Positions 13,075 to 26,434 of a stretch of DNA of 64,000 nucleotides are shown here, piece after piece. The stretch is taken from the NCBI RefSeq assembly GCF_009914755.1, contig NC_060925.1, one strand, 5' to 3'. The translations under genes were made by a program, and so were the position numbers. Origin of the DNA: the human T2T-CHM13v2.0 reference genome, Homo sapiens. How positions within the stretch are numbered: position 1 is the first letter of the stretch; every line of letters starts with the position of its first letter. A model generated the notes under the pieces. That model made no database searches. It saw nothing but the letters and a program-made list of their open reading frames with translations, and was not told the origin of the DNA.

Positions 13075-14220
13075 TATTGTGTGTTGTGGACCCATGTGGG
13101 CAGCTTTTTGCAGCAGACTTCTCAGAACTGGACTGCTTAGTCACAGAGTGTATGTGCACTCAGTTTGACAACACAGTGTCACGTCATTCATCATAAAGGC
13201 TATACCAGGCAATACTCCCAGCTGCAGGGACAAGAGTTCCTGTCTTTTAGCATTAAACCACTTCCCTACTTCTGTAGATCTGACAGACGTAAAGCAGTAT
13301 CTTATTTTAATTCAAATTCAAATTGGTCTGATTTGTCATACATTTTAACATCACTGCATATACTTGTTAACTGTGAGAGTGTCATGTTTTTTGAGTAGCC
13401 TGTTCATATTCTTTGTCCATTTTTCTACTGAGATTTTTATATTTTTCATTTTGATTTTCAGAAAGTCTTTTTGTATTCTAGGTATTCATCATATATTGAT
13501 TTAGGTGTTGAAAATATCTTTTCCTAATTGTCACTTTCTGTGAAATTTCTCTAGAGTGTCTTTTGTTAAACAGAAATTCTTAATTTTGATGTAATAAATA
13601 TTTTCCATCTAAAAGATTTCTAATTTAGGTAACTTACATTTCCTTTATCTACCCAAATCTATGATTCATTTTGATACTTCTTTTTAATACTATTAATTTG
13701 GGAGTATTGCAGGGAAAATCCCCAAGAAAGATTAGATTAAAATGAAATAATTATAGATAAAAGAGGAAGCATTAAATAACATTGATTTCATTCTCAAACT
13801 CTTTTCTATGTAGATGATTGTGTCATTTGCGAATAGAGACAATTGTATTTCTTATTTTGTAATCTTTATGCCTTTTGTTATTTTTGAGCTTTATTAACCT
13901 GGTTAACACCTTCAAAACAATATTTCATCGAAGTGGTAGAAGCAGATATCCTTGTTTTATTCCCAATTTTAGGGCAAAAACATTCAGTCTTTCATCATTA
14001 AGTATAATTTTAGATTTGGAGTTTTGTATATGCCATTTATCAAGTCAAGGAAGTGCCTTTCTATTCCTAATGTGAAAGTTATTTTCATGAACGGATGCTG
14101 AATTTTGTCAAATGCTTTATCTACATCTGTTTATAGTCATATTTTTCTCAGGGTATTGAAATGGTGAATCATATTCATTAATGGTCAAATATTAAACAAC
14201 CTTAACAACCTTGCATTTCT
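13075..14220 (-). mobile_element. Old L1M (MC/ME) fragments
   Basis: T-rich antisense L1 motifs: ttcatattctttgtccatttttct; gaagtggtagaagcagatatccttgttttattcccaattttaggg; gatgctgaattttgtcaaatgcttt. Confidence 0.7.
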
Positions 14221-14775
14221 GCCAGGTTTCTTTTTTTAGCACCTTAATCTCATGGATACCTGTATTAAAAAAAAAAAAAAAAAAACTCTAGTTGAGTTTT
14301 CTTTGTTGCTAAACTGGATTATAGAGCCTATTAAGTATAAAGCCAGAGAGGCAGAGAGAGAGAGAAAGTTTGGGTGGGGGAAATGTAGGATTAAGAAAAG
14401 GGAATAAGAGGAGTTGAGAGTTTGGAGAGTGGAGAAGAGAAAGTGGTTTTCAGTTTTGCAGTTTAGAACGTTTGATGACTAATGGGAATTTTCCACTAAC
14501 TGTGTCCTTCTGAAGAGAATACCCAGGTAAAAAGCCAGATTAGAAGTTGAGGTTTTAGGACTGGCTTTTTGAGTGACTCTTGGTTAAGTGCTTCAGATTT
14601 GTTGGTGACAGACGTGCAAATGAGGAAAGTTTCTTGGTATAAAAAAGACAACATGCAAAATATATAATTCAAAAACTAATACACCTATAAAAAGAATGTA
14701 TCCCTCCATAATTAGGTGGAAGATTTTTAGCCTGACTTTCTCAGAAAATGACAGAAGGAGTATAAATAGAATACA

Positions 14776-14955
14776 CAGATAGATGATAGATGGATAGATA
14801 AGTAGATGGATAGAGATCGAGGGGGTGGTATTTGAATAATGTAATTATCTTTTTTGGTTGCATATATACATGTATATATAATATACATAAATACAGAAGT
14901 ACATATATATCTAAAGTCATGCATGTGTATTTATGTTTATGTGTATGTATGTATA
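14776..14955. repeat. (GATA)n and TA/TG-rich microsatellites
   Basis: agatagatgatagatggatagataagtagatggatag followed by (TA/CA/TG) mixtures. Confidence 0.75.
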
Positions 14956-16061
14956 TTTTTTCTTCATCCAAGAAAAAATACATGTGCTTTTCAACCTAGA
15001 CAGATTGTTTACATAAATCGAACATATAAGTCAAAAAAGAAGTCTGAAAAATCTCCCAAAATATAATAATTCAATAAAATTACAAAATAAAACACAAAAG
15101 ATGTCTAACTCTGTTTTTTCCAATGGCATCACCAACATTTATCTATAAATTTTTAAAACAATTTAATAAACTCATGAGCAAAGAGGAAATTAAATAGAAA
15201 TTGTAAAATATTTAGAACTGAAAGAAAGTATGGAGTTTCTAATATCTGTGGGAATGAAGCCAAAATAATTCTTAGTAGAAATTTTATCCTCTGAAATGCA
15301 TTTACAAGGGAACAGATAGTAAATGAACTAGACTCTTAACTTAGAAAATTAGAAAAAACAAGCAAGCAAACAACGAAACAAATATGTCAACACAAAATGA
15401 TTAAGAAGAAGGAAACAGTAAGGATAACAGCAGAAATTAAAGAAAAAAGTAAAAATGAAGTTGATCAACAGCCCAGAAGCTTGAACTCTGCAAACAAATT
15501 AAAGAGATGCACCTGTGGCAAATATGACAAAAGAAAAAGAGAAAAGTCATAAACTGCATTAGGAAGTAAAAAAAATACATAGTTCTACATCAAAAGAAAT
15601 TTTAAAAATTAAGGGTTTTCTAAGAATAAGATAAATTACACTAATAAATTTAAATACGTAGGTGCAATGGGCAACTTTTTAGGAAAATATACATCATCAA
15701 AACTGTTCCAAGAAGCAGCAGAAAACCTGTGACCACCATGACCTTAAAAGGAATCAGGACAGTAGTTAACCTATCAATATTCAAACACCTACCAATCTTA
15801 AAACACCACTGGGCCAAAATAGAATGTTTTACTAAAATCTAAAGACCAGCGAATTCTTATGCAGATTATTTTAGAGCATAAAAAAATAAAAAGTTTCCCA
15901 ATTATTTTAATGAAACCAGCATAACCATAATCCAAAGGTAACAAAAAGGGAAACAAAGCAATACAAAACCACAGGTCAGTTATAAGTATTGGCAAAACTC
16001 AGTTATAAATGCAGGTGTGAAAATCATAAATGAGATTTTTACAAAAAAGAATCTAACAGTG

Positions 16062-16391
16062 TTTTATTTGTATGTATGTATGTATGTATGTATGTATTTA
16101 TAGAGACAGGGTGTTGCCCAAGCTGGAGTGCAATGGCTCAGTCACAGCTCACTATAGATTCAAACTCCTAGGGTCAAGTAATCCTCCTACCTCAGCCTCC
16201 TAAGTAGCTAGGACTACAGATGAGTACCACCACATCTGTCTAATTAAAAATAATTTTTGTAGAGAGAGGACTTCGCTATGTTGCCCAGGTTGGTCTCCAA
16301 CTCCTGTCCTCAAGCACTCCTCCTGCCTTGGGTTCCCAAAGTGGCCTGTAATCCCAACACTTTGAGAAGCCAAGGCAAGAGGATTGGCTGA
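16062..16391 (-). mobile_element. AluJo-like with (TATG)n tail and an inverted 5' end
   Basis: Antisense Alu up to 16343, then switches to sense Alu head sequence 16344-16391. Confidence 0.9.
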
Positions 16392-16671
16392 CAGTATATA
16401 ATAGAATTATAAAAATTATATTGAGATCATGTAAGATTTATCCTAGGAATGCAAGGATTGTTTGTTTTTTTAAAGTATAAATATAATTTACCACAAAACA
16501 GATTAATGAAGAAAACCATACATTCATTCCAATAGATATTACAAAAGCATTTGATACATTACAGTATCTATTAATGATAGACATTGTATCAACTTTTCCG
16601 GAATAAAGATAGCTTTCTTAATCCAAAAAGTATGTCTACTAGAAACTGTGGTAAATATTATGTAGCAATGA

Positions 16672-17020
<349 letters not shown>

Positions 17021-17146
17021 GAGGATGCCTAGTCTTATTAATTCAACATCATACTGGAGGGCCAGCCAAATACTGGAGGGCAATAAAAACTAAATGATAT
17101 GTACATATTTGGGAGAAAACAATACAATTTTTTTTTTTTTGTCATA

Positions 17147-17458
17147 TAGTAGTGGATTCTGTGGTGTGCTACCCAGATCTCCTCCTTTCAGGACTGAAAT
17201 ACTCTTCCAGCTGCTATGAAAGTTAATAGATGACTCATCTCCCTTGTGATGGTAGCTCTTGACTGAAGATAACTGTTTTACTTAAGGCCACAGCCTATTC
17301 CTGAGTGTGGTTCATATGCAAAAACTGGCTAAGGTGAGAATAAAAGGCCTGTCCTTTTCCACACGGGGATTTGATCCAGGAAGAACTTCTTAGGAAGCTT
17401 CCTGCATGAAAACTGTCATCTCAGAGTCAACTTCTTAGGAACCTTGAACTGAAACCCA
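17147..17458 (+). mobile_element. LTR16-like ERVL LTR fragment
   Basis: gtgtgctacccagatctcctcctttcaggactga at the start and catctcagagtcaacttcttaggaacct at the end. Confidence 0.65.
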
Positions 17459-17722
17459 TAGTGAGGATTTTATGATCTAATTTAATCCCTCCCAAATAAA
17501 CCAGCAAAATATTAAGATTAGTAAGACAGTCTATCAAAATGACCAGCAGACAAATCCCAGTTCAATGCACAAAAATGTTTTCCTTTAATTAGTAAAAACA
17601 AATTTAGAAGATATGATTAATATAAATCTTTCACAATAGCAGCACTATATAACAATAAGAAATAAAACCAATCAAATACATAGGATTTTTATGAATAAAT
17701 AATTAAAATTTTATTTAAAAAA

Positions 17723-18017
17723 TTTTTTTAGAGACAGGGTCTCACTCTATCACCCTGCTGGAGTACAGTGGCATGATCATAGTTCACTGCAGCCTCGACT
17801 CCTGGGGTCAAGTGATCCTGCTGTCTCAGTCTCCCAAGTAGCTGGGACTCCAGGCATGCACCACCATGCCTGGCTAATTAAGAAAAAAAATTTTTTTTGT
17901 AGTGACAGGTTCTCACTATGTTACTCAGGTTGGTCTCGAACTGCTGCGCTCAAGTGATTCTCCTGCCTTGGCTTCCCAAAGTGTTGGGATTATAGGCATC
18001 AGCTACTGTGCCTGGCC
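17723..18017 (-). mobile_element. AluJo-like
   Basis: Antisense dimer with gatcatagttcactgcagcctcgactcctgg J-type features. Confidence 0.93.
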
Positions 18018-18074
18018 TGAAAGTTTTATTGAAGGACATTGAAGACTTGGATAAGTGGAGACAAATATTGCAGA

Positions 18075-18670
18075 CAGCCTATGTTCTGTCATGATTGGGA
18101 CTGATAATTGGTCAGTTGATGGCAAAACATTTCTTAAAACATGGAAAAATTAAAGAAAAAGATAAAAGTAAACTTAAAACATTTTATTGCAACTTTCAAC
18201 ATATAAATTTATATTTATTCACCAATGTGTTGCTGTAGAGCTGTGGTCTTTATCCAAGGCCATTGATTGGAGCTCTTCATTGACTTTTTTATAAATCATA
18301 TTCATAGAGATGTCATCTTGGATGTCCAGTTTCATTGCCTTTGAATTGAAACTAGTAGCTTCGAATGATGAAGCAATCTGAGAGAAGACTCTAGAATTTC
18401 ACAATTTGCTTGCTTTAATGTTTGACCAATCTCTCACTTACATCTTATTTTAGCAACTTCCCTTCATTGAGCTTTTCCAAAGCATTTAATTTTGCTTTGG
18501 TATGAACAACTCTCTTTTTCGCTTGCTATGGGTTTGCATCATATTCACTTAAATTGCATAATAATATTAATGAGTGCAGTTGTCATGAAAGGGTGTGTAA
18601 GCTTTCAACTCAATTGGTGAGAACTGAAATATGTGGTTGCTCTGAGAATGCCCTTCTAGCTGGGTGCTTT
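18075..18670 (-). mobile_element. TcMar-Tigger relic (Tigger13a/MER46C-like)
   Basis: Reverse strand reads aagcgaaaaagagagttgtt...aaattaaatgctttggaaaagctcaatgaaggg, a frameshifted KRKRV..KLNALEKL pogo transposase N-terminus. Confidence 0.6.
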
Positions 18671-19262
18671 AGAAGGAAATGGGTGTCACTATGTTTCAAG
18701 AAATTTGGTTACGGGAGTTTGACTCAATATGGCAAGGATATCAGTTCTTCTAAAACTAGCTTATAAATCTAATGTGATTGCCAGAACTTCATAAACTGGT
18801 TCTGAAATTCATATACAAGAATTCTAAAAAGATAAAATTGGTAGAAAGCAAAGAAAGATAACTAGTCCTACTGTATGTCAAAACATGAGTTTATAGTATC
18901 TGTAAGAGTCAGGATAAGAGCACCACATCAAGAAAATACAATAAAGAAAACAAATCATGTGTATTTAGAAATTTGGAATTAAAAATGACATTTGAAAATT
19001 GGGAGAGATTGATATTAGGACAATTGGCTCCTCATATGGAAAAAGAAATCCAATGTCTTCATATTTTATGCAAAAAACCTACCCCCAGACAACAACAAAT
19101 AGCTTAAAGATCTAAATGTTTACATATATGTTATAAAACTCCAAAAAATAAAAATACAAAAATCAAAAATACAAGGAAATATTCACAGTTGACCATATCA
19201 TAAAAGAGAAAGAAAACTTCTATATAACAAAAAGACATCATAAGTAAAGATAAAATACAAGC

Positions 19263-19550
19263 GGCCGGGCGCGGTGGCTCACGCCTGTAATCCCAGCACT
19301 TTGGGAGGCCGAGGCGGGCGGATCATGAGGTCAGGAGATCGAGACCATCCTGGCTAACAAGGTGAAACCCCGTCTCTACTAAAAGTACAAAAAATTAGCC
19401 GGGCGCGGTGGCGGGCGCCTGTAGTCCCAGCTACTCGGGAGGCTGAGGCAGGAGAATGGCGTGAACCCCGGGAGGCGGAGCTTGCAGTGAGCCGAGATTG
19501 CGCCACTGCAGTCCGCAGTCCGGCCTGGGCGACAGAGCGAGACTCCGTCT

Positions 19551-19578
<28 letters not shown>
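19263..19578 (+). mobile_element. AluYb-lineage (Yb8-like) young Alu
   Basis: 7-bp duplication cagtccgcagtccg, ggatcatg, aacaagg, gagattgcg; CpGs intact; 30-A run; perfect 17-bp TSD aaagataaaatacaagc at 19246-19262 and 19579-19595. Confidence 0.97.
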
Positions 19579-19583
<5 letters not shown>

Positions 19584-19842
19584 TAAAATACAAGCAACAG
19601 ACTGGGAGAAGACTTTTTTTTTCACATACAAAAATATTTGTACCTTAAAAATATAAAGAATATCTACAAACCAGTACAAAATTGCGATGACAGACATCCA
19701 AATAGAAAGAAATAGGCAAAGTCTACAATAGGCAAGACACAGAAGAGGAAATACAGCCGGCCAACAAAACATGAAAAGATGCTCAATTTAAGTACTAACT
19801 AGAAAACCGTAAAATAAAACAATGAATAAGACATAATTTTTA

Positions 19843-20197
<355 letters not shown>

Positions 20198-20799
20198 AAG
20201 AACTGGGAAGTTTGTGGAGAACTAGATACTCCAATACATTGCTGATGAGACTATAATGTAGAGTATATCATAATATGCCACTTCAGAGGGCTACATAGCA
20301 GTAGTCATTAAAATGAGAAATGCATCTACCTAAGACTTCCCCTTTTTTAATATCCAGCCTACACTTGCACATGTGGGCAATAATATAGGTAAAAGGACGT
20401 TCTCTGGAATAATGGTGAAGTAAACAATCCACAAATAGTAGGATAGCCAATAATTGGATTCACAAGACATAGTATTCCACAAAAGTTAAAAATAATATAC
20501 TGGTTATTTATATAATGACAATAGATAGAGCTAAAAATACATATTGTTGCATGAAAAATGTAAGTATTGATTGACACTTATAGTAGCAGTTTCTATGGGT
20601 ACATATACATAAGTTTGAAAATATTAAATAACATAGATTTAAAAGTCCTAACAGAGCTAACTCTAGTGATTGAGTTGATGTTAAAGAGGAGTTTAAATTT
20701 ATTGGTTATGACTTTTTAAAGAAGACCATATTTGTGTGTTCCTTGTGTAATTAAAAATTAATTACATATGTATCAGTGAACATATCTAATTTCTAATTC

Positions 20800-20910
20800 A
20801 TTGAGGACAGGACAGATAACTGTATTTCCAACACAAGCACAGTGCCTGGCACAAACTCAATAAAGTTTGGTTAAATGTATAAAGAAATGAATGGATTAAT
20901 AGATGAATGG
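20800..20910 (+). mobile_element. L2 3' end fragment
   Basis: gcacagtgcctggcacaaactcaataaagtttggttaaatg. Confidence 0.6.
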
Positions 20911-21044
20911 TAAGATAAACGAGTAGGTGGGTGAGTAGATACAGATTTGGGGATCTGATTTGGGTGGGGCTGGAGGAAACACGTATGTTTTTTAAAGCCT
21001 CATAACCTTTTCATTGATGGTCCCTTGAGAATGGTGACGGGTGG

Positions 21045-21367
21045 TGTATTAGTCTGCTAGGGCGGCCCTAATCCAGTAATACCGAGGACCTTATAAGAGA
21101 CATCAGATTCTCTCTCTCTCTCTCTCTCTCTCACCCCCTGACCCCCCCACCCCCCACCCCCCACCCCCATACATGCATGGAGGAAAGCCCATGTGAGGAC
21201 AGAGAGAAGGCAGCTGTCTGCAGGACAGAAAGAGAGTCCTCACCAGAATCCAACTCTGTTGGTGCCTTGATCTTGGACTTCCGGCCTCCAGAACTGTAAG
21301 AAATAAAACTCTGTTGTTTAAGCCACCCAGCCTGTGACATTCTGTTATGGCAGCCCTGACTAACACA
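21045..21367 (+). mobile_element. MLT1A-like MaLR LTR with rearranged 5' end
   Basis: ccttgatcttggacttccggcctccagaactgtaagaaataaaactctgttgtttaagccaccc...ctaacaca; flanks ggtgg / ggtag. Confidence 0.85.
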
Positions 21368-21436
21368 GGTAGCATAAGGAAATATTTAGGAATGGGCTTA
21401 GCAAGCCCATTCATTTTTTCACTACTTAAAAATTAA

Positions 21437-21600
21437 TGTAACTGGGCCCAATGCTCTGGTGTGTGTGGTAGGGAAGCCCTCCCCTGCCCTGCTCATGCCT
21501 GACTAGGTACCCACTGTAACATTTTCCCCCTCAGGAGTCCAAGACTCCAAACTTCTGGGAGAAAATGAACGAAGGAGACAGGTTTTCTTTATGGCTCCAA
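21437..21600 (-). mobile_element. MER50/MER4-group ERV1 LTR, internally deleted (21437-21521), plus adjacent PPT/internal stub
   Basis: Reverse strand: gagggggaaaa (PPT) then tgttacagtgggtacctagtcaggcatgagcagggcagggg...cccagttaca. Confidence 0.55.
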
Positions 21601-22411
21601 ATTTCATGAAATGAAATGTTGCAGGATATATCTATCTGCAATAGAACATGTTAAGTATTGCTTTCCATTGAGTGCTCATGAAAACAAAGGAAGGAGAGTA
21701 AAGAGTCAAGGCAAAAATCCTCCTGTATGGGGGTTAGGAGGATCCACTCTTTTAGCAGTTCATCTTTGTATTCTTAATGTGGCCTTGTATTGGCCATGTT
21801 GGTGATTTGTTTGGGGACTAATGTGCCTAGCTTTGTTCATAGGAAGGATCTAAGGCAATACGAAGGAGTAAATATATGTGTAGGATTATCTTTATTTTTA
21901 TTTATCTTAATTGACAAATAAAAACTGTATATATTTATTGTGTATGTAAAACTTAATGTAATTGTTTCCTTTCATTTCCAAGGCACATTTGTGAGGAAAC
22001 TTCACCTTGACCAATTTGAGGACCACTGACTTGGAAAGTATATTCTCTTTCAGAGCAGGAGGGATGAACAAGATTTGACTCCTGCAGCCTCTAGATGGCT
22101 GCCTTAGGATCTGGGCAAGTGCAGCCTGCCTCAGCTCCCATCTGTGTCTACTTTACATTCCAGTAGAACAGGGCTGTTTGCTGTTGCCTGTTCTTTCTGA
22201 TTAACCTGTACTCATCGTGTACATCTTTGACCAGCACCATCCACTCCATTAATCTTCCTGGAGGTAGGTCCAGCTGGAATAACTTGTGCATTTCTCACTG
22301 TGGAACTTCCACAATGTTTTGTAATTATCTGTATTTATATGCATTTTCCCTATGGGCTGGAAGCTTCTTGAGAATAGGATTTTTGCCTTCATTCAGCATT
22401 TTCCAAAATTA

Positions 22412-22558
22412 GTGTGCCTCCAAATTACCTGGGGAACTTGTTAAAATGCAGATTCTGATTTGGTAAGTCTGAAGGGTGGCCTCAGACTCTGCATTTTAAC
22501 CAAACCTCCAAGTGATGCCAGTGTAATTGGTTCTTGGCCCATAGTTTGAGTAGTGAGG
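22412..22558 (-). mobile_element. MER5A fragment
   Basis: acctggggaacttgttaaaatgcagattctgatttggtaagtctg...ctctgcattttaaccaaacctccaagtgatgcc. Confidence 0.75.
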
Positions 22559-22633
22559 CTTTTTTGTGCTCTTGGGATCCAGAACAACATGGCTGATTGG
22601 GCTTATGTGAAGGGGAGCCATCTGCTGTTATCC

Positions 22634-22799
22634 CAGTGGATCTCAATTCTGGCTTCACACTAGAATGCCATGGAGAGCTTTAAGCAATTCTATTGCCTAG
22701 GTCCCACCCTGAGAGATTCTGATTTAAGTAGTTTGGAGTGGAGCCTGGGCACCGGTAGGTTTTAAAGCTTGAATGTATCCCTTGGATTAAGAATCACTG
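22634..22799. mobile_element. MER5A1/MER5B
   Basis: TIRs cagtggatctcaa...ttaagaatcactg; internal ggtcccaccctgagagattctgattta. Confidence 0.75.
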
Positions 22800-23656
22800 G
22801 TTAAGACTATTAACTCTTTGAAGATGGGGATTCTTCATGTTATTCCTGGGCCTATCACAGGACCTGGTGCACTGGGGCCACTTAATATAAGTTGAGTAAA
22901 TTAACTCCTTTATCTTGGCTCAGATTCAGTGTTTCTAAGATACTTTCATGTTTCAGGGTGGGCAGAAAATTTTCTTTAAAAGGAAGGTAGTGCTGGAAGT
23001 GACACATTTATTAGGTGACAAAGTCAAGGGTGAGTGTGTCAGGGGGCCCTGAATTAGTAAATAAGCCAACCCTAGTGACATCTTACCACTCAGAGTGGGT
23101 GGTAGAGGGGCCCCACTAGGGAAGTTAGGCCTTTTAAAGCTGCTGCAAGAAAGAAACTTCTCCCAGCTTATATTCTAAGAGTCCCTTAACTGCTCTTGGA
23201 GCAATGAGCAAATTGGAATTAGATAGTTTCTTGTTTAGTCTGCTCATGTATTTTAAAATATTTACTGTACAAGTAAGTAGGAAACCAAATTGACTGAAGC
23301 CCAGGCATCCTAGCAAAGAGGATTTTCAGGAAACCTCTACTGCCTTCAGAAGAATTTTAGTTTTCAAGCGTTGAAAAAGTTAGGACAGTCTCTGAGAGAG
23401 GTCTTAACAGTAAATAAAGACAGACAATGGCTCAGGAAGGTTCTTGGTACTAGAAGAAGAGGCAAAACAGTTATTTGAAAAGTAAACTGTAGTAAAGGCT
23501 GCCTTGAGTCAAATGGCTTCTGAGAATGTCCAGTGGGTCAAGTCCAGCTAGTGTTCAGCAGCTAGAGACTGACGTGTGCTGGCAGGGAGTCTCTACCAGC
23601 TCAGGAGAACTTACAATTAAATTTCTGGCAGTTCTATGAGCCAGTTTTTAACACCG

Positions 23657-23870
23657 TGTAGCCTTAAACTCCTAGGTTCAAGGATCATGTACTACTACAA
23701 CCACGCACAATTAATTTACAAAAAGGTTGGTTTTTTTTTTTTTTTTTTTTTGAGAGACAGCGGTCTTGCTATGTTGCCCAGGATGGTCAGGAATTCTTGG
23801 TCCCAAGTAATCTTCCTGCCTTGGCCTCCCAAAGCTCTAGGATTGCAGGTGTGAGCCACTGAGCCATACC
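23657..23870 (-). mobile_element. Partial AluJ
   Basis: Left monomer (gtcttgctatgttgcccagg...ggattgcaggtgtgagccactg) plus a deleted right-arm remnant. Confidence 0.8.
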
Positions 23871-24379
23871 AAGAGTATATGGTGTTTTTACCTGTTATAT
23901 TATAAATGGCCAACAAATATTGCTGCAGTACTCTTCTAGGATTTGAAAATTATATTTGAATTTAGCGAATAAGTCACTCGTAGTTGATGAATGAATGAAG
24001 TTCTGATTTGTCTTCATTGTTTCACTTTCCTCTTACTCATTAATAACTTGTTAATAGCATTAAGGAAAATATCAACCCAATTTCATGTGGAAAGTACACT
24101 GATGGTTATGGACAAAAAAGTTTAACAAAAATTGATGAAAGTGTCCTGTGAGACTCAATACATGGAAATTATAATAAATAGTATCATATATTTTATTATT
24201 TCTAAATTATGTGCTGCATGTCCTTTAAATTGGCGATGTTTATAATGAACTTGTGCGTATATGCATATATATATATATAATTTTCAAAGCCACATTTATT
24301 AAATATTTTCCAGTCCAACACTGGCTAGAGGTAACCTATACTCTTTGTCAAGAAAACAGAGAAACAACCATGCCCAGGG

Positions 24380-24600
24380 GCAGCATGGCAGTGATTAAGC
24401 CATGGGTTAATCTGGGCTCAAATCTGCCTGGGTTCAAATCTAATTCTGGGTAACTTTCAGCATGTTACTTAATCTCACTGTGCCTTAGTTTTCTCAAATC
24501 TGAAAAACCTACTTCATATGATTTTTATAATGTTTAAATGCAATGATATACACTAACCCTTAGAACAGTGTCTGGTAGTATACCAAATTATTATTATTAG
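24380..24600 (+). mobile_element. MIR SINE
   Basis: ctgcctgggttcaaatct...catgttacttaatctcactgtgccttagttttctca...cttagaacagtgtctgg. Confidence 0.75.
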
Positions 24601-26434
24601 TGGTAGAATAAAAAAAAACAAGTACCCTAACTTCTGATCACAAGATTTTCTAAATTTTGATTTTTTTCCACTGATAAAATTTAAAAAATGATGCTCACAA
24701 AATTGTTGTCCCAGGAAGATTGGTAAATGTGTTCTGATTTAAAATGGACTATCTATGCTGCTTTGTCTGCAAGCAAGGGATGAAATAAACAGTGGGCAGC
24801 AGCTTCTGCTCTACTGATATTTCTCATGAAAAATTATTATTCTGGTTTTTGCTTTGGTTGAATCATATGAAGTTGCCAATCTTCCACCATTTCTTAGAAA
24901 GGTTTATTGAGATATAATTCACATATCATACAACTTACCCATTTAACATGTACAGTTTAAAGTTTTTTAGTGTATTTACAGATACATGCAGCCATCACCA
25001 CCATCAATTACAGAACATTTTTATCACTTCGAGAAGAAACCCCATATCTTCTACCTTCACATCTGTATCCCTCTAGGCAACCACTAGTAGATCTTTCTGT
25101 TTCTAGAGATTTCCCTGTTCTGGACTTTCATATAAGTGAAATAATATAACATATGGTCTCTAGTGACTGACATTTTTCACCTAGCATAATGCTTTCCAGG
25201 TTCATCCATGTTGCAGAATATATCAGTACTTCATTTATGTTTATGACTGAATAATATTCCATTATGTGGATATATTCCATTTTGTTTATCTGTTCATCTA
25301 TTGATGGACATTTGAGTTGTTGCCACTTTTTGGCTATTGTGAATAATACTGGTTATAAACATTCGTGTACCAGTTTCTGTGTGAACATATTTTCTTTTCT
25401 CTTGGATAGACACCTACTAGTGGAATTGCTGGCTCACATAATAACTTGTTTTATTGTTTGAGGAGCTACAAGACTGTTTTCCAAAGTAGGCTCACCATTT
25501 AACATTCCCATCAGCAGTGTATGAAGGTTATGTTTCCAAATCCTCACCAGAACTTATCTGACTTTTTGATTCTAGCCATCTTGGTTAGTATAAAGTGGTA
25601 TTTCATTTTGGTTTTGATTTGCATTTCTGTGATACCTAGTCACGTTGAACATTTTTTCATGTGTGTATTGGTCATTTGTATCTCTTCTTTGGGAAAATAT
25701 CTATTCAGATTCTTTACCCATTTTTTAATTGGATTGTCTTCATATTATTGAGTTGTTAGAGTCTTTTATATATTTTAGATAGAAGTTCCTTATCAGATAT
25801 GTGATATGCAAATATTTTCTCTCATTTTGTGAGTTGTCTTTTCACTTTCTTAATGGTGTCTTTTGAAGCACAAAAGTTTTGAATTTTGATGAAGTCTAAC
25901 TTATCTATTTTTTTCTTTTGTTGCTCATGCTTTTGGTGTCATATCTTAGAATCCTTTGCCAGATCCCAGATCATGAAGGTTTACTCCTATATTTGCTTCT
26001 AAGAGTTCTGTAATTTTTGCCCTTATATTTAGGTTTTGATCCATTTTGAGTTAAGTTTTTATGCAGTGTGATATGGGGGTTCAGTTTCATTCTTTTGCAT
26101 GTGGCTATTCAGTTTTCTCAGAATCATTTATTGAAAGGCTATCATCTCTCCATCAAATGGTCTTGACACCCTTGTAATCAGTTAACTGCAGATGTATAGG
26201 CTTATTTCTGAATTCTCAATTCTATTTGATTGATTTATATGCCTATACTTGTGCCAGTAGCACACTCTCTTATTACTATTGTTTTGTAGTATTAAAATAG
26301 GGACCTCTGAGCCCTCCTACTTTATTATTCTTTTCCAGGATTGTTTTGGGTATACTTGGTCCCATGAAATTTCATATGAATTTTAGAATCAGCTAATTTG
26401 TATAAAGAAATCAACAGGATTTTGAAAGGTATTG

